A DNA stretch of 64,000 bases from Octopus sinensis (lineage: Eukaryota), in assembly GCF_006345805.1 (NCBI RefSeq), contig NC_042997.1, positions 206,956,001 through 207,020,000 of the forward strand, in the 5' to 3' direction. The notes beneath the pieces are model-generated. The model did not search any database and was not told the origin of the DNA. It worked only from the letters and a program-made list of their open reading frames with translations. Position 1 is the first letter of the stretch. The number at the start of each line of letters is the position of its first letter. Below, piece after piece: positions 60,070-64,000 of the stretch. The translations under genes were made by a program, and so were the position numbers.

Positions 60070-62790
60070 TCATTATTGTTTAACGTTCATTTTCTATGCT
60101 AGCATGCATTCGACAGTTTGACTGGGGACTGGCAAGCCAGGAGGCTGCACTAGGCTCCAATCTGACCTGACAAGGTTTCTATAGATAGATGCCCTTCTTA
60201 ACCCCAACCACTCTGAGAGTGTAGTAGGTGCTTTTTGCATGTCACTGGCTCAGGGAGCCAATCAGATGGCACTGACATCGACCAACACTTGACTGGTGCT
60301 TATTACGTGCCACTAGCACAAGTGCCAGTCAGGTGGCACTGACATCGACCCGCACTTGAATGGTGCTTATTACGTGCCACCAGCACAAGTGCCAGTCAGG
60401 TGGCACTGACATCGACTCAAACTTGAATGGTGCTTATTACGTGCCACCAGCACAAGTGCCAGTCAGGTGGCACTGACATCGACCCAAACTTGAATGGTGC
60501 TTATTACGTGTCACCAGCACAAGTGCCAGTCAGGTGGCACTGACATCGACCCAAACTTGAATGGTGCTTATTACGTGCCACCAGCACAAGTGCCAGTCAG
60601 GTGGCACTGACATCGACCCAAACTTGAATGGTGCTTATTACGTGCCACCAGCACAAGTGCCAGTCAGGTGGCACTGACATCGACCCAAACTTGAATGGTG
60701 CTTATTACGTGTCACCAGCACAAGTGCCAGTCAAGTGGCACAGATATCGACCCACACTTGAATGGTGCATATTACGTTCCACCAGCACAATTGCCAGTCA
60801 GATGGCGCTGGCATCGACCCACACTTGAATGGTGTTTATTACGTGCCACCAGCACAAGTGCCAGTCAGGTGGCACTGACATCGACCCACACTTCAATGGT
60901 GCTTATTACGTGCCACCAGCCCAAGTGCCAGTCAGATGGCGCAGATATCGACCCACACTTGAATGGTGCATATTACGTTCCACCAGCACAATTGCCAGTC
61001 AGATGGCGCTGGCATCGACCCACACTTGAATGGTGTTTATTACGTGCCACCAGCACAAGTGCCAGTCAGGTGGCACTGACATCGACCCACACTTCAATGG
61101 TGCTTATTACGTGCCACCAGCCCAAGTGCCAGTCAGATGGCGCTGGCATCGACCCACACTTGAATGGTGTTTATTACGTGCCACCAGCACAACTGCTTGT
61201 CATGTGCCACTGACATCGACCCACACTTGAATGTTGCTTATTATGTTCCACCTGCACAAGTGCCAGTCAAGTGGATCTGGCATTGCCCACAACTAAATTT
61301 CCATTTCCATTTTTATTTCAATCTCGATTTGCTTTTGGTTTTTGATTTTACTCGATTTAATATGTCCTCTCAAGCATTGCGCATCACCTGGTGATTCAAG
61401 GTTACTTTTATAGGGCTGGTTATGCGACATTTGTGTAGTCTATGGCTGTGATCTCACTTTGCTTGCTGGGTCTTCTCAATCACAGCATATCTCTAAAGGT
61501 CTTGGTCTCTTGTCATTGCTTCTGTGAAGCCCAATGTTCGAAGGTCATGCTTCACCACCTCATCCCATGTCTTCCTGGGTCTCCCTCTTCCATGGGTTCC
61601 TTCCACTGTTAGGGTGTGACACTTCTTCACACAGCTCTCCTCATCCATATGCAGCGCGGTCATCTCTCTTGTACACCACATCTGATGCTTCTAATGTCCA
61701 ACATTTCTTTCAGGAGGCTTTCACTCTGTCATGTATGCACACTGACATTAGACATCCAGCAGATCATACTAGCTTCATTTCTTTTAAGCCTATGTATGTC
61801 CTCAACAGTCATGGCCCGTGTTTCACAGCTGTGTAGCATGGCTGTTCACACATGTGCATCATACAACCTACCTTTCACTCTGAGTGAGCGGCCCGTCGTT
61901 ACCAGCAGAGGTAGGAGCTCTCTGAACTTTGCCCAACCTATTCTTATTCTAGTGGCAACGTTTTCAGAGCAATCACCCACACTACAGACTCGGTTGCCTA
62001 GGGAGCAGAACCTATCAACTACTTCTAGTTTCTTACCTTGGCATGTGATGGAATCTGTTTTCTGAACATCTTCGGTGTTTATTGCACCTGTGCATCAGCT
62101 GCACACAAAAACTATCTTCCTGGTTAACTTTTCTTTGATATTGCTGCACCTCTTATGTGTCCATAGCTTACTCTGAGTACATCTTATGGAGTTTCTACCA
62201 CTGCTTTTTCTACAGATCGAGCAGGGCCAATTACCTGAAGGGGTTTGTGCATTGTCTGCTTTCCTACTTACTAGGACTTTGGGTTTTACTACATTGACTT
62301 TAAGGCCCGTCAGTTCTAGACCTTGCTTCCATACCTGGAACTTCATTTCTAGTTCTGGCAGTGGCTCAACAATTAGAGCAAGATCATCAGCATAGAGAAG
62401 TTCCCAGGAGAAGCCTGTCTTGAATTCCTCTGTTATTGCCTGGAGGACTATAATGAATAAGAGGGGGCTGAGCACTGATCCTTGGTCAGCCCCTACTTCT
62501 ACCTGGAATTCTTCACTATACTCATTGTTACCAACCTTCACATTATTGACAGCATCTCTATACAAGGTCTGTACAGCTCTTACGAACCACTTGTCAATCC
62601 TTAGTTTCCCTATTGCCCAACAGATAAGGAATCAGGGGAGCCTGTCAAAGGCTTTCTCCAAGTCAACAAAAGCCAAGTACAGATGTTTATCTTTGGCTAG
62701 GTACTTCTCCTGCGGTTGCCTTACCAGAAATATAGCATCAGGGGTGTTTTTCCCTGGCACAAAACCAAACTGCGTCTCATATACAAAATA
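60066..62790 (-). mobile_element. RTE-clade LINE, 5'-truncated, with expanded 3' UTR array
   Basis: QFGFVPGKNTPDAIFLVRQ..AFVDLEKAFDR, DQGSVLSPLLF..YADDLALI, C4HC3 insert, GRGRPRKTW; terminal segment and tail at about 60066. Confidence 0.95.
60230..61290 (-). repeat. 67-bp tandem array (about 15-16 units) with a 201-bp higher-order repeat
   Basis: Plus-strand unit ATGGTGCTTATTACGTGCCACCAGCACAAGTGCCAGTCAGGTGGCACTGACATCGACCCA(A/C)ACTTGA; 60762-60962 is repeated at 60963-61163. Confidence 0.96.
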
Positions 62791-62794
62791 ATAT

Positions 62795-64000
62795 ATATAC
62801 AAAATAATTGGACAAAATAATGGAAACACCTTAAAGTTTCAAACAAATTTATTTTAATATGGGGCAGGACAGCCTTTGCCAGCAATTAGAGCTTGAATTC
62901 TATGATGTATGGACTCATACAAAGTTTGAATTTTCTCCAAAGGTATTTTTGTCCATTCTTCAGCTAAAACAGTCTCCAGTTCTTGTAGTGGTGGTGGTGG
63001 AGGATATCGACTCCTTACTTGTTTTTCTAAAATGCATCATAAATGTGCAATAATACTGAGATCTGAGGACTGTGGAGGCCAGAGAAGATGTTCAACTTCA
63101 CTAGAATGTTCCTCGTGCCATTCAGTAACAACTTTAGCTGTGTGAATTGGTGCATTATCATCCTGAAGGATTTCTTTTCACTCCAGAAACAGTTCTGCAA
63201 CCATAAGATGAATTTGATCAGATAAAATGCTTAAATAGTCTTGACTATTGATTCTGCCATGAAGGGAAACCATTGGGCCGGCGGATTTCCAAGATATAGC
63301 CCCCCCTCCCCATCATCACAGATCCTCCTCCATGTTTAACAGTTGGAAGAAGGCATTCTGGGTCAAATGCTTCTTTTGGCTGTCACCACACGTACACTCA
63401 GCCAGTGGTCAGAAATAAGGTAAAGGATGACTTGTCTAAGAAAATAACATTCTTTCACTGCTCTAGGGACCAATTCTGTAGGTTTTTACTCCTCTCTAAA
63501 TGCTTTGCAACGTTTGTTTTTGAAAGGATTGGTTTTCTGATTGCAGTCCTCGCATGAAATCTGGCTTTGTGTAGCTCCTAGCCAACTGTTTTTATTGAAA
63601 CTGGATTGTCAAGGTGGTCATTAAGCTCTGCAGTGATTTTGGGAGTTGTACTTCTGTGATCTTTTCTAACAATTCGCGTAAGAGTCAGACGGTCCCTATC
63701 TGAAAGTTTTGGTTTTCTTCCAGAGTTTTGTTTCAACGAGGAGGTTTTCCCCTCTTTTTCTAAGGGTATCATTACTTTTGAGGCAGTACTTCTTGATATG
63801 TCAAGCATTTCAGCTGTTTCTGTTATGCTAGTGCCTGTGATAAGAGCACCAATAATTTGACCTCTTTGAAAGTTCGATAGATCTGTCATTTTAAAACAGC
63901 AAATTTGTCAAAACATATTAAGCAACACTAATAATAAATCAAAAAACATAAAAATAAACAAGCTGTAGACGGTTTTATAGATATTTCAAAATTATGATGC
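62795..64000 (-). mobile_element. Tc1-family DNA transposon, degenerate; second terminus not seen in the window
   Basis: MTDLSNFQRGQIIGA..SGRKPKLSDRDR (63578-63889), then P.VKHGGGSVM, LQDDNAPIHTAK, WPPQSSDLSII; TIR-like TTGGACAAAATAATGGAAACACC at about 62808-62830. Confidence 0.9.

Overview
AT-rich eukaryotic DNA made almost entirely of transposable elements and microsatellites. The repeat families (tRNA/CORE-type SINEs with an internal TA/TG tract, RTE LINEs with (GAT)n tails, very abundant (TA)n and (ATT)n) point to an octopus or other coleoid cephalopod; this is inference. No complete host gene is visible, only two candidate exons. Contents: six RTE LINE pieces (two with large 67-bp arrays in the 3' UTR), four (AAT)n-targeted Dong/R4-like RLE copies plus older RLE relics, two Penelope-like elements and several orphan pseudo-LTRs, a CR1/L2-like LINE, a 5'-truncated Tx1/L1-like LINE, a young non-autonomous Gypsy LTR element nested in a MITE that is nested in an unclassified repeat, Helitron relics and a Tc1 transposon. 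Most notable: (1) a Tx1/L1-like LINE whose gag-like zinc-knuckle ORF lies downstream of the ORF2 C-terminus (pol-then-gag order); (2) a set of type I hammerhead ribozyme motifs, including compensatory U3-A8 and A3-U8 core variants and a canonical hammerhead split by a 3.4-kb insertion in loop II; (3) two independent minisatellite expansions from one RTE 3' UTR unit; (4) an unclassified ~550-bp (AAT)n-targeted retroposon. Family assignments rest on motif recognition by eye; no searches were run.
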